Assembly (NCBI GenBank): GCA_018661705.1
Contig: JABJHR010000003.1
Span: 601-64,600 of the forward strand
Direction: 5' to 3'
DNA: 64,000 bases
Source of the DNA: Candidatus Woesearchaeota archaeon
GTDB taxonomy: Archaea > Nanobdellota > Nanobdellia > Woesearchaeales > DSVV01
In this document: in pieces, positions 1 to 8,945 of the stretch
Layout of the letters: each line of letters opens with the position of its first letter
Position numbering within the stretch: position 1 is the first letter of the stretch
Made by a program: the position numbers and the translations under genes
The notes under the pieces: model-generated
Told to the model about the DNA's origin: nothing
Database searches by the model: none
The model's input: only the letters and a program-made list of their open reading frames with translations

Positions 1-2125
1 GACTTTGTGAATTACCACAACCATTTGCATTTGTTGTAATAGTGCTTTCTGCATCAATTGTCAAATTTGCAACATTTATATCAAACCAATCAGCATCCCA
101 AGTATCACTTGTTAAATTATAACCGGAAGTTAAAGACTTAAAACTAATCATTTCATAATCACTAAAAGTTAAATTATTTACATTAAAACTTTCGCTGATA
201 TTAAAAACATCTTCTGTCCAAACTTCCCCTCCTTTATATACAAAACTAAGATTTGTTTCTGAAGGATCACCATCAAAAGTCATTGTATCTTCTATAATTG
301 TAAAATTACCTACATTAATAACACCAGTCATTTCAAGACGTAATAAACTTCCAAGTAAAGTTAAATTATTAAATGAAAAATTTACATTTTGTGAGACTTT
401 AAAACTACCATCACTTGCATAGTCAGTTACATTAAACTCCATCCCTTCATCAATCCAAGCATTATTATCATCAGTATCAACAAATAATAAAGTTCCTTCT
501 TCACCATCATCTGCACTATTTGGACCAGAACCACCAGTTACACTGCTTGCTGACATACTATTCAAACTATTTTCGTTAAAATAAACAGCAATTCTACCTC
601 CTGAACCACCACCACCACTATCAGAACCACAATTCCCACCTGCACCACCATCTGCAGTAAAATTACCAACACCAGTAAAAACATTAGATGTAACCCAAAT
701 ACTACCACCACTACCACCACCTGCGGCATAATAACTACAACTTGCTCCACCAACACCACCATTTACAGTAATTGTTCCTGATAAATTAAAAGTATCAGTA
801 GAATTAATTCTAATTACACCACCACCACTACCACCAACACCTGAACTTCCAGAAGTACCACCACCACTACCAAAATAACTTGGTCTTAAAGCACTACCAT
901 AATCACTGCCACCAGCATAATTACTTTCACCATCACCACCATCACCACCATATGCTCCACCACCACCACCATTTTGATAAATCCCATCTCTTCCTTCACC
1001 AACACCAGCAACAGAAGTTCCTTGACTAGCACATCTGTTTGAAGCATCAGGGCTTTGTGAATTACCACAACCATTTGCATTTGTAGTAATACTACTTCCT
1101 GCATCTATTGATAAATTTGCAACATCTATATCAAACCAATCTGCCTCCCAAGTATCATCTGTTAATTCATAACCAGAAGTTAATGATTTAAAACTAACCA
1201 TTTCATAATCAGTAAATGTTAACCTATTCACATTGAAACTTTCACTGATATTAAAAGCATCTTCTGTCCAAACCTCCCCACCCTTATACACAAAACTAAT
1301 ATTTTGCTCTGAAGGATCACCATCAAAAATTAAAGTTGCTTCATCAATTGTAAAATTTCCTACATTAATAACACCAGTCATTTCAAGACGTAATAAACTC
1401 CCAAGTAAAGTTAAATTATTAAATGAAAAGTTTACATTTTGTGAAGCCTTAAAACTACCATCACTAGCATAATCAGTTACATTAAACTCCATTCCTTCAT
1501 CAATCCAAGCATTATTATCATCTTTATCAACAAATAATAAAGTTCCTTCTTCACCATCAGTTGCACTTCCTGGACCAGAACCACCAGTAACAGTACTAGC
1601 AGAGAAATCATTCAAACCACCATCATCAAAGTAAACTGCAATTCTACCACCACTACCACCAGCACCATCTGCTGCACTACAGTCTCCACCTGCACCACCA
1701 TCTGCTGAGAAATTACCAACACCAGTTAAAACAATTGAACTAACCCAAATACTACCACCACTACCACCACCAGCAGCATAATAAGAACAAGTTGTACCAC
1801 CAGCACCACCATCTGCTGTAACAACACCACTTAAGTTAAAAGTATCAGTTACAATTATTCTTAAATTACCACCACCACTGCCACCAACTCCTGCATTTCC
1901 AGATGTTCCACCACCACTACCAAAATGTGATGGTCTTAAAGCACTACCATAATCACTACCGCCAGCATAACCACTATCACCATTACCACCATCACCACCA
2001 TATCCTCCTCCACCACCAGCTTCATGATAAATTCCATCTTTTCCTTCTCCTACTCCTGCACCAGTTCCCTGACTAGAACAATTATTTTCATCATCTGGGC
2101 TTTGTGAACTACCACATCCTTTCTC
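1..2125. repeat. Tandem direct repeat with a 1050-bp period, ~90% identity. Copy 1 is nt 1-1050, copy 2 is 1051-2100, and a third unit begins at ~2098 and then diverges.
   Basis: gactttgtgaattaccacaaccatttgcatttg at nt 1 recurs as ggctttgtgaattaccacaaccatttgcatttg at 1051 and as gggctttgtgaactaccaca at 2098. Long colinear near-identical blocks are visible by eye. The repeat is intragenic and encodes the 349-aa repeat of the surface protein. Confidence 0.85.
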
Positions 2126-3694
2126 ATCTGCACTTATAGTAGCACCAATATCAACTGTTAAATTAATTGCAGTTAAAGCATAATCTCCATTAACAGTTAA
2201 TGTTGCAGAATTATTTACAATAATAACATCACAAGCTGCACTTGAATTTAATATATAACTTTCATTTACAACCCAAGTTTGACCAACACCTGGACAAAGA
2301 CCATCTAGAGACACAGGTGGACCACCAAATCCAAAAATTGTTACATTATCTGTTTCATTAAAAACATCATATCCTAACAAACTACCATTACAACTTATGT
2401 TATATTCAAACTCATCTTCTGATAAAAACGTTCTTTCATATTCATAAAGTTGGTGTGCAGCAACAAAATCCATTTCATTGTTTATGCTATCATTAAAACT
2501 AATCAAACAAGTAACATTATCTCCAGAAACATTACCACCAATTAAACTACCATTCGGCATTGTATAGTTTGCAAAGAATTCAACTTCATCCAAAATATAC
2601 TTTTCTTCATCCCCTCTAAACACGCCTTCATCTGTACTATCCCAAATAACTAAACTAGTTACATTTGTAACATTTGTTTGGTTTGTTTGATTAATTGATG
2701 CATAAATAGTAATATTATCCATAATGTTCAAAGGGACATAACCAAGCAAAGAACCATCACAACTTATGTTGTAATCATAATCACCTGCTTCTTCAAAAGT
2801 ATTATCAAATTCATATAAATCATATGCACCAATATAATTCATTTCATCAGAATCACCATTTGAAAAATTAATTACACAATTAACACCTTCTCCGTCTGTT
2901 TCTTTTCCAATTGCACTTCCATTTTCCATACTGTAATTTGCAAAAAACTCTACTTCCTCATAAGTAAACATTTCCTGATTACCATGAAACTCTCCAAGAT
3001 CTGAATTATCCCAAATAGTTAAGTTTGCAATGTTTGTTTCATTACTTCCCCCACCTGCATAAGCAGTAAAGTGTGTTACTGAGAACGAGATAGTATTTCC
3101 ATTATCAACAAAAGGTGTATTTGTTTCTTGCCAACCATGAAGATCAACACATTCAAACTCTTCTTTATCAAACTCATCACACCTCATAATATACTCAACA
3201 TTATGTGTTTTAGGTAAAGTTAGAGATGCGCTTTCAATTTCTACTGTATCAGAGGCAAAAACAGCTGTCTTAATAAAACCAAATCTTTCATCATCCTCAT
3301 CTAAAGTATCAATGATTGTTTTTAATTCAAGACTTTCATTGTGACTATTAATCCCATAAATCTCAACAATTGCTTCAGGAGTTTCCCCTACATGTACAAG
3401 CCCAGGAATACCAGGGGAACTACTTAAGGTAACATCAAATAAATTATCCTCTCTTTTCGTAATATCATGGTGCCCTGTTGCATAGCCATATTGATCGTGT
3501 AAATCAACATCAATAATTCTGACTTCCACATCTGGATTTTGATCAACAAATGCCATTCCTGTTATTAAATTCCCACCAAGATTAAAACCACTAAAAGTTA
3601 TATCCTCTCTTAAGCCAATATGAAACACAACTGCCACAATCAAAACTAAAAGAATAAACCCAACACCAGTTGTTTTGTTAATTCTTTGTTTCAT
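1..3694 (-). CDS. Giant secreted Gly-rich repeat surface (glyco)protein, >1230 aa. The C-terminal part lies beyond the window start.
   Basis: Continuous minus-strand frame from the ATG at 3694 down to nt 1, with no in-window stop (hence absent from the ORF track). The N-terminus MKQRINKTTGVGFILLVLIVAVVF is a signal peptide/TM helix. There are many N-x-S/T sequons. It contains repeated ~349-aa units with GGSGG / GGAGG / CSYYAAGGGSGGSIWV segments, and a second diverged ~130-aa repeat pair (NISC[DN]GSLLGY). Confidence 0.7.
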   Translation of the reverse strand, partial: MKQRINKTTGVGFILLVLIVAVVFHIGLREDITFSGFNLGGNLITGMAFVDQNPDVEVRIIDVDLHDQYGYATGHHDITKREDNLFDVTLSSSPGIPGLVHVGETPEAIVEIYGINSHNESLELKTIIDTLDEDDERFGFIKTAVFASDTVEIESASLTLPKTHNVEYIMRCDEFDKEEFECVDLHGWQETNTPFVDNGNTISFSVTHFTAYAGGGSNETNIANLTIWDNSDLGEFHGNQEMFTYEEVEFFANYSMENGSAIGKETDGEGVNCVINFSNGDSDEMNYIGAYDLYEFDNTFEEAGDYDYNISCDGSLLGYVPLNIMDNITIYASINQTNQTNVTNVTSLVIWDSTDEGVFRGDEEKYILDEVEFFANYTMPNGSLIGGNVSGDNVTCLISFNDSINNEMDFVAAHQLYEYERTFLSEDEFEYNISCNGSLLGYDVFNETDNVTIFGFGGPPVSLDGLCPGVGQTWVVNESYILNSSAACDVIIVNNSATLTVNGDYALTAINLTVDIGATISADEKGCGSSQSPDDENNCSSQGTGAGVGEGKDGIYHEAGGGGGYGGDGGNGDSGYAGGSDYGSALRPSHFGSGGGTSGNAGVGGSGGGNLRIIVTDTFNLSGVVTADGGAGGTTCSYYAAGGGSGGSIWVSSIVLTGVGNFSADGGAGGDCSAADGAGGSGGRIAVYFDDGGLNDFSASTVTGGSGPGSATDGEEGTLLFVDKDDNNAWIDEGMEFNVTDYASDGSFKASQNVNFSFNNLTLLGSLLRLEMTGVINVGNFTIDEATLIFDGDPSEQNISFVYKGGEVWTEDAFNISESFNVNRLTFTDYEMVSFKSLTSGYELTDDTWEADWFDIDVANLSIDAGSSITTNANGCGNSQSPDASNRCASQGTSVAGVGEGRDGIYQNGGGGGAYGGDGGDGESNYAGGSDYGSALRPSYFGSGGGTSGSSGVGGSGGGVIRINSTDTFNLSGTITVNGGVGGASCSYYAAGGGSGGSIWVTSNVFTGVGNFTADGGAGGNCGSDSGGGGSGGRIAVYFNENSLNSMSASSVTGGSGPNSADDGEEGTLLFVDTDDNNAWIDEGMEFNVTDYASDGSFKVSQNVNFSFNNLTLLGSLLRLEMTGVINVGNFTIIEDTMTFDGDPSETNLSFVYKGGEVWTEDVFNISESFNVNNLTFSDYEMISFKSLTSGYNLTSDTWDADWFDINVANLTIDAESTITTNANGCGNSQS

Positions 3695-4263
3695 TTTAGT
3701 TTTTTACCCCTCATAGGATTTTTTTTGTGGGGATTCTTTCTTTCAGAATTCAGTTTTTTTATTGCACGATTGTATACAGTCCAAATTGTTCTTTGATTTC
3801 TTCCAAGAAGTTTTCCAATTTCATTATATTTCAATTCTTTATCATCTTTCAAGAACTTAACAAGAGCTTCTAACATACTTAATTTAGAAACAAAAATATT
3901 TAATGGAACAAACACAATAGCACCAGTAACTTTTCTGTGTTTATCAACAACATTAATTGTTCTAAATTTCTTAAGATGTTTCTTTGATGCTTTTGAGTAA
4001 CTAATTCTTACATTAGCTTCACTTTTTTGTAGTTTTGCAGCAATATCTTTAAGTTTTAGATTTAGATTTTCTCGGAGATATTTAACCACAGCTTCTAAAC
4101 AACCTAATTCAGGAACAAATATAGAACTAGGCAAAAAGATCTCATTATACCAAGATTTTATGATTTTTTGAGGGTCATGATTAGGTTTTACCTTGTGATA
4201 AGCATAAACAAGTTTAAGAAAATCTTTGTCATTACAGATTTTTTGATGATTTTTTGTCATCAA
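3691..4263 (-). CDS. Small DNA-binding protein with two tandem sigma-70 region-4 / LuxR-like HTH motifs.
   Basis: Two internal repeats, LGCLEAVVKYLRENLNLKLKDIAAKLQKSEANVRISYSKASKK and LSMLEALVKFLKDDKELKYNEIGKLLGRNQRTIWTVYNRAIKKL, match the ECF sigma r4 pattern (L..RE..V..L...G.S..EIA..LG.S..TV......A..KL). Its stop overlaps the start of the downstream giant gene (ATGA). Confidence 0.5.
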   Translation of the reverse strand: MMTKNHQKICNDKDFLKLVYAYHKVKPNHDPQKIIKSWYNEIFLPSSIFVPELGCLEAVVKYLRENLNLKLKDIAAKLQKSEANVRISYSKASKKHLKKFRTINVVDKHRKVTGAIVFVPLNIFVSKLSMLEALVKFLKDDKELKYNEIGKLLGRNQRTIWTVYNRAIKKLNSERKNPHKKNPMRGKKLK

Positions 4264-4657
4264 TCTGTTAAATTTATAACTAAAAACCTAAGAAGTCCCT
4301 CCTAATAATTCAAACAAAAAACCCATATTCAACATTTTCAGCTCATTCATTTCTTACACCCCTTATATTTTAGTTATATTATATATATATCGATCAGATA
4401 GATCCATTTTATAAACTATGTAAGTATCTATTTATAAACTTTCTTATAAAATACTTACAAATAGATATAAATCAAGAATAATTAATAATTATTAATAATA
4501 ATTAAAGATAATTAAATATAGTAAAAAATAATAAATATTTAATAAAAAGAAATAAATAACAATAAAAAACACAAGTTTAGAATTATTCAATGAATTATTT
4601 AATGAATAAATCAATAAAAAACAAAGAAGAAACGTGAAAAAAAGAAGAAAAGTTAAA

Positions 4658-5767
4658 TTACAAGAAATCTGTTTCAACATTTAAAGAATCAACAGTAGGA
4701 TATTCTTTAACAATTGCAATTTTAATAGATTTAGAACATTTTTTAAGTTCTTTTACTAGTTTTTCAACAACAACTGTTGTTGTTAGTAATCTTTTTCTTT
4801 TTTTATCTAAACCATAATACTTTTTTGGAACATTATTTTGTTTTAAAACATTAATTATGCACTTCAAACTAGTTCCATTATGATAATAAATTGCTCCCCT
4901 AATTAACATTCCTTCTTCATCAACAATATCGTATGGTTTCGCAGCATTCTTTGACCTTTTTTTAATTCTATTTCTTAATTGAACATTATCTTTTAATTTA
5001 CAAGTGCAATAATGAACATTTAGTTTGTATTTTTTTGTAAAAATATATTTCAAAAGTTTTTTTGATAATTCTTCACTGCCTTTAACTCCATAACTATACT
5101 TGTCTTTTGCTCTAAAGCCTTTCTCGACGAGCTTACAAGCATTAGTATCACTAATTTCTAGTTCATTTAAATTCAAAAATTTAATTTTATTTCTTTTTTT
5201 ATCTTTATTACAAAGAAAATCAATCATTTTTTTATACTGTTTTTCAATACCAGGAATTACTGGAACTTCAACACCAATATCCCAACCATATTTTTCTGCA
5301 AGAGTTATTTTTTCCCAAAAATTAGAATTATAAACATCTAAATGAAATCTAATTTCATCTAAACCAGCATTAAAAAGTTTTTTTAATTTATTATCAGCAA
5401 CAAGTTCCAATGGGGTGTATAAATGAATATGAAATTTTTCACCAAACCTTTTTTTTAGTGCTTTAATAAATTTAATTGTTCGTTCTAATTTAATTAATGG
5501 GTCCCCTCCTGTGATACCAACGCCTTTACTACCACAAAGTGTTATTTCAGTAAACAAATCATTAATTTGTCGAGATGGCCATTCATTAAAATAGATTACA
5601 TCTTTATTTTTTTTCTGATCACTAATTGGACAAAAAAAGCAATTTTTACTGCATAATCCAGTGATTAATAAAACTGTTTTTTCACCTTTAATACATTGTT
5701 GACAACCTTTTGCAAGACTACCAATTTTGTAAGAATTAAATTTTGTTTTTTGTATTTTTTTTATCAT
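4658..5767 (-). CDS. Radical SAM domain protein.
   Basis: CSKNCFFC (CxxxCxxC) cluster motif near the N-terminus, plus a GGDP glycine motif. I place the start at the internal Met (MIKKIQ...) at 5767 instead of the ORF-track start at 5836. Confidence 0.6.
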   Translation of the reverse strand: MIKKIQKTKFNSYKIGSLAKGCQQCIKGEKTVLLITGLCSKNCFFCPISDQKKNKDVIYFNEWPSRQINDLFTEITLCGSKGVGITGGDPLIKLERTIKFIKALKKRFGEKFHIHLYTPLELVADNKLKKLFNAGLDEIRFHLDVYNSNFWEKITLAEKYGWDIGVEVPVIPGIEKQYKKMIDFLCNKDKKRNKIKFLNLNELEISDTNACKLVEKGFRAKDKYSYGVKGSEELSKKLLKYIFTKKYKLNVHYCTCKLKDNVQLRNRIKKRSKNAAKPYDIVDEEGMLIRGAIYYHNGTSLKCIINVLKQNNVPKKYYGLDKKRKRLLTTTVVVEKLVKELKKCSKSIKIAIVKEYPTVDSLNVETDFL

Positions 5768-5813
5768 TTTATTTAAAAAAGATAATTGATTATTATAAAA
5801 TAAAAAATAATAG

Positions 5814-6428
5814 TTAATCTGCCCCGCAGTAATCATGTCCTGGACATAATTTTAAATTTTTATTCTGTTCTTGAATTTTTTTAACTTTTTCTAAACTTTT
5901 TTTCATTTCTTCTGAAATTGACGTGGGAAGATCAGTTCTTCCAACACATAAATTAACCCCTGTTTCAATATTACCACCAAAATAAGTATCACCAGTAAAC
6001 AAAACCTTATCTTTTTCATACCAAAGACAAATACTTCCACGTGTATGACCAGGAGTATTTATGGTCTGTAAACCATTCATGTTCACCATTGGTTTTAATT
6101 TTTCATCCAAAAACTTCATCCTTGCAATAATTTCTGCATCTAAGACAGTAAATTCAGGATTTTCTTTAAAATCTTTAATTTCTTGTTTTGAAGCAAAAAA
6201 TTCAGCATTAGGAAATAAATCTGCGTTCCCAATATGGTCGTAATGTAAGTGAGTAAAAATAACTTTTTCTACTTTATCTAATGCAATCAATTTTGGTAAT
6301 AATAATTTTAAAACACTTGATTTAATTCTATCACCAGTATCAATAATTATTTTTTGATCAAAATCTAAGAGATATAGATTAGAATCTAACCCTAATTTCC
6401 AAATATTGTTTGATATCTTTTTTAACAT
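5814..6428 (-). CDS. MBL-fold metallo-hydrolase.
   Basis: THLHYDHIGN (HxHxDH) and downstream PGHTRGS / CPGHD motifs typical of the metallo-beta-lactamase fold. Confidence 0.75.
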   Translation of the reverse strand: MLKKISNNIWKLGLDSNLYLLDFDQKIIIDTGDRIKSSVLKLLLPKLIALDKVEKVIFTHLHYDHIGNADLFPNAEFFASKQEIKDFKENPEFTVLDAEIIARMKFLDEKLKPMVNMNGLQTINTPGHTRGSICLWYEKDKVLFTGDTYFGGNIETGVNLCVGRTDLPTSISEEMKKSLEKVKKIQEQNKNLKLCPGHDYCGAD

Positions 6429-6506
6429 GATATATAGTTAATAAGGCTTATATTTATACTTTTGGCATTTGTAAGAAAATCATAAAAAGACTTAATTTGT
6501 CAAAAA

Positions 6507-6516
6507 CTATATAAAT
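6507..6516 (+). promoter_or_regulatory. Archaeal TATA box (ctatataaat) ~25-30 bp upstream of the ATG at 6540.
   Basis: A TATA-like octamer at the canonical distance for a leaderless archaeal transcript. Confidence 0.3.
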
Positions 6517-6539
6517 CAAGATAATAGATATAAAATACA

Positions 6540-7382
6540 ATGGAAAAAAGCATAGAATCATTTGATGGAACAAGATTATTTTACATCCATAAAGAAACAA
6601 ATAATCCACACACAATCATTTTTTTACATGGGATTGGCGGGAACTGGACAGTTTGGAGAAAAGAAATAGATTTTTTCATTGAAAAAGGATATTCAATAAT
6701 TGCACCAGACTTGAGAGGACACGGATTATCTGATCGCCCTGTTGAAAAAGAAAGATACGACATACACCATTTTAGCGACGATATAAAAAATATTTTGAAG
6801 AAAGAAAGAGTTAAGAAATTTAGTATTATTGGGCATAGTTTAGGTGGTATGATTGCTTTAAATTATTGTGAAATAAGTAAACAATTACCAAAATCATTAG
6901 TGCTTATTGATACAGCACATAGATTTCCTTATAAAACAGATCATGAGTTTAAGCTAAACCCATATCTAATACATTTATTAAGGAAATTATCAAATAGTAA
7001 ATACCATTTAGTAAATTTCTTTCCACATTTATGCAATGATAGAGAAGAGTTAAAAAGTTTTAAAGCAAAGCACAATATTTTGTTTAGTTTAATATATCAT
7101 ACTCCATTAAAATGCATTTTTAATTGTGTTGATAGTTTTCATGAATACTCAGATAAACATGTAAAAGACACCGAACAAGTTCTAAAATCCTTAAATATAC
7201 CTGTATTAATTATTGCCTCAAATAAAGATAGAACAATTAATCCAAAATATTCAAAAGAATTGCATGAATTAATTAAAGAATCAGAATTAAAAGCAATTAA
7301 TCATAGACATCATCGAGTCCATATTAGGGCTAATGAATTAAACTCAAATATTTTCGAATTTCTAACAAAATACAAGTTATAA
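6540..7382 (+). CDS. Alpha/beta-fold hydrolase.
   Basis: GHSLGG nucleophile-elbow motif (GxSxG) and an HG oxyanion motif (FLHGIGG). Confidence 0.75.
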   Translation: MEKSIESFDGTRLFYIHKETNNPHTIIFLHGIGGNWTVWRKEIDFFIEKGYSIIAPDLRGHGLSDRPVEKERYDIHHFSDDIKNILKKERVKKFSIIGHSLGGMIALNYCEISKQLPKSLVLIDTAHRFPYKTDHEFKLNPYLIHLLRKLSNSKYHLVNFFPHLCNDREELKSFKAKHNILFSLIYHTPLKCIFNCVDSFHEYSDKHVKDTEQVLKSLNIPVLIIASNKDRTINPKYSKELHELIKESELKAINHRHHRVHIRANELNSNIFEFLTKYKL

Positions 7383-7587
7383 AATTAATTTGCTAGATTT
7401 GAATTATATAAAACAATATAACGGCAAAATAACAATAAAAACATTGTTTTCATTATTGAAAAGAAATAATAAATAGACCGGTATAAAGGTAGCGTCGACA
7501 AAAAGAATAAAATTTGAAATCACTACTCTGAAATAACTATTCCAACACATATTTCTATTTATATTAGTTTCTAATACTTATGATAAA

Positions 7588-8916
7588 ATGGTAGGAAAAC
7601 TGTTGGGAACATTAGCAGGACTTGGTCTTGGTATGGGTGTTGTAGGAACTGCAAATGCTGCAGACATTGATGATTACTTAGCTAGAAGAGCTATAGAAAA
7701 TATTTCTAATGTTACAATTGAAGCACCTGAAATATTATTAAGAGGGCCCCTATCCATTTATGCAATGGAGAATAACAAAGATGACAATGCTTATATTGGA
7801 CCTGATCCAAATGAAAATACTAAAACAGAAGATCCATTAATGGTTAAATTACCAGATTTAGATAATATTAGAGAACCGCAAAAAGAAGATACTCCTTTAA
7901 TTAAACCTATTACATTATCAAAAGGTTGGGATTTAGATTTAATGTTTGAATTTCTCATAGTTCCAAAATTAATGGGATGTGATGCACTAGAAGAAAGATT
8001 AGATGTTACCAGAGAAGGCTTTGAAGGATCAATGGGTGAAGAATTTGGTAATCAATTACAAATTAGTCCAATGTTTGGATCATTAGGTGTAGTAACAAGA
8101 TTAACATCACCATGGGGATTTACAAGCAGAGATCATTTAACATTTTTATTAAGTGCACATTATGCATCATCTTCAATCTTTGGAAAAATAACAAGTAAAA
8201 AAGATTATAATGCAACATTATTAGATGGTGTAATTGAATTAGGAAAAACAACTGCACTTTGGGAACAAAATCTAAATCACCATCTTGCCCTATTAGCAGG
8301 AATTGGTTATGATTGGGATTTAGTAAGAAAACCTAATTTCAAATTAGGAGCAGAACTTAGTGCAAGAGCCGGCCTAGCTTATATGGAATTTTCCACATTA
8401 TTAGATTTATTTGTTCATGACACAACCCAATTTGAAAAATTTACTTACGAGGTTGCTGCTGCCATTGATGTATACAGACATAGATTTACAGAATCAGAAG
8501 GAGATGCCTGGGGTGGCCTTGGAAGATTTGAAGGAACATTCCAATTTAGATTCTGGAAAGGTCTTGCTTTAGATATAGGTGGTGGTTTTCAGGTAGAAGA
8601 ATATTCTAATTTTCATATGAATGTAACAGAATATTCAGGAGGATTTCCCGATCAAGAGATTAGTGAATATTTGGTAAGAAAAAATCCAATTAATGATAGA
8701 GATGATGTTGGAAACATAGATAACAATATTAATCCTATGACAAGAAATGGATGGTATGCATTTGCAAGACTAGGGTGGACATTTTCAGGTATTTTTGGTA
8801 CAAAAAAAATTGAAACAGAAACAGGGGAGAAAGAGTTATATTTACCTATACAATATTTAACACCAGCAACAACAACAGATAATTCAACAACAACAGAAAC
8901 AAGACTCTTAAGATAG
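7588..8916 (+). CDS. Secreted hypothetical protein with a Sec signal peptide, beta-rich.
   Basis: The N-terminus MVGKLLGTLAGLGLGMGVVGTANA|AD has an AxA cleavage site. Alternating hydrophobic beta-strand-like segments are rich in G, Y, F and W. GC content is locally higher than in neighbouring genes. Confidence 0.5.
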   Translation: MVGKLLGTLAGLGLGMGVVGTANAADIDDYLARRAIENISNVTIEAPEILLRGPLSIYAMENNKDDNAYIGPDPNENTKTEDPLMVKLPDLDNIREPQKEDTPLIKPITLSKGWDLDLMFEFLIVPKLMGCDALEERLDVTREGFEGSMGEEFGNQLQISPMFGSLGVVTRLTSPWGFTSRDHLTFLLSAHYASSSIFGKITSKKDYNATLLDGVIELGKTTALWEQNLNHHLALLAGIGYDWDLVRKPNFKLGAELSARAGLAYMEFSTLLDLFVHDTTQFEKFTYEVAAAIDVYRHRFTESEGDAWGGLGRFEGTFQFRFWKGLALDIGGGFQVEEYSNFHMNVTEYSGGFPDQEISEYLVRKNPINDRDDVGNIDNNINPMTRNGWYAFARLGWTFSGIFGTKKIETETGEKELYLPIQYLTPATTTDNSTTTETRLLR

Positions 8917-8945
8917 AAGTTCTTAAAACTTACTTTTTTCTTTTA

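Noticed and set aside
562-1472. ORF-track entries 562-762(-), 886-1104(-) and 1233-1472(+) with homopolymeric V/M/Q translations.
   Set aside because: They lie in alternative frames of the Gly-rich repeat region of the giant minus-strand gene. The low-complexity composition is an artefact of reading GGT/GGA-rich DNA out of frame.
4492-4680. 62-aa ORF in the AT-rich spacer upstream of the radical SAM gene.
   Set aside because: Pure low-complexity (FLL/NNS) translation of an A/T-rich promoter region. No start context.
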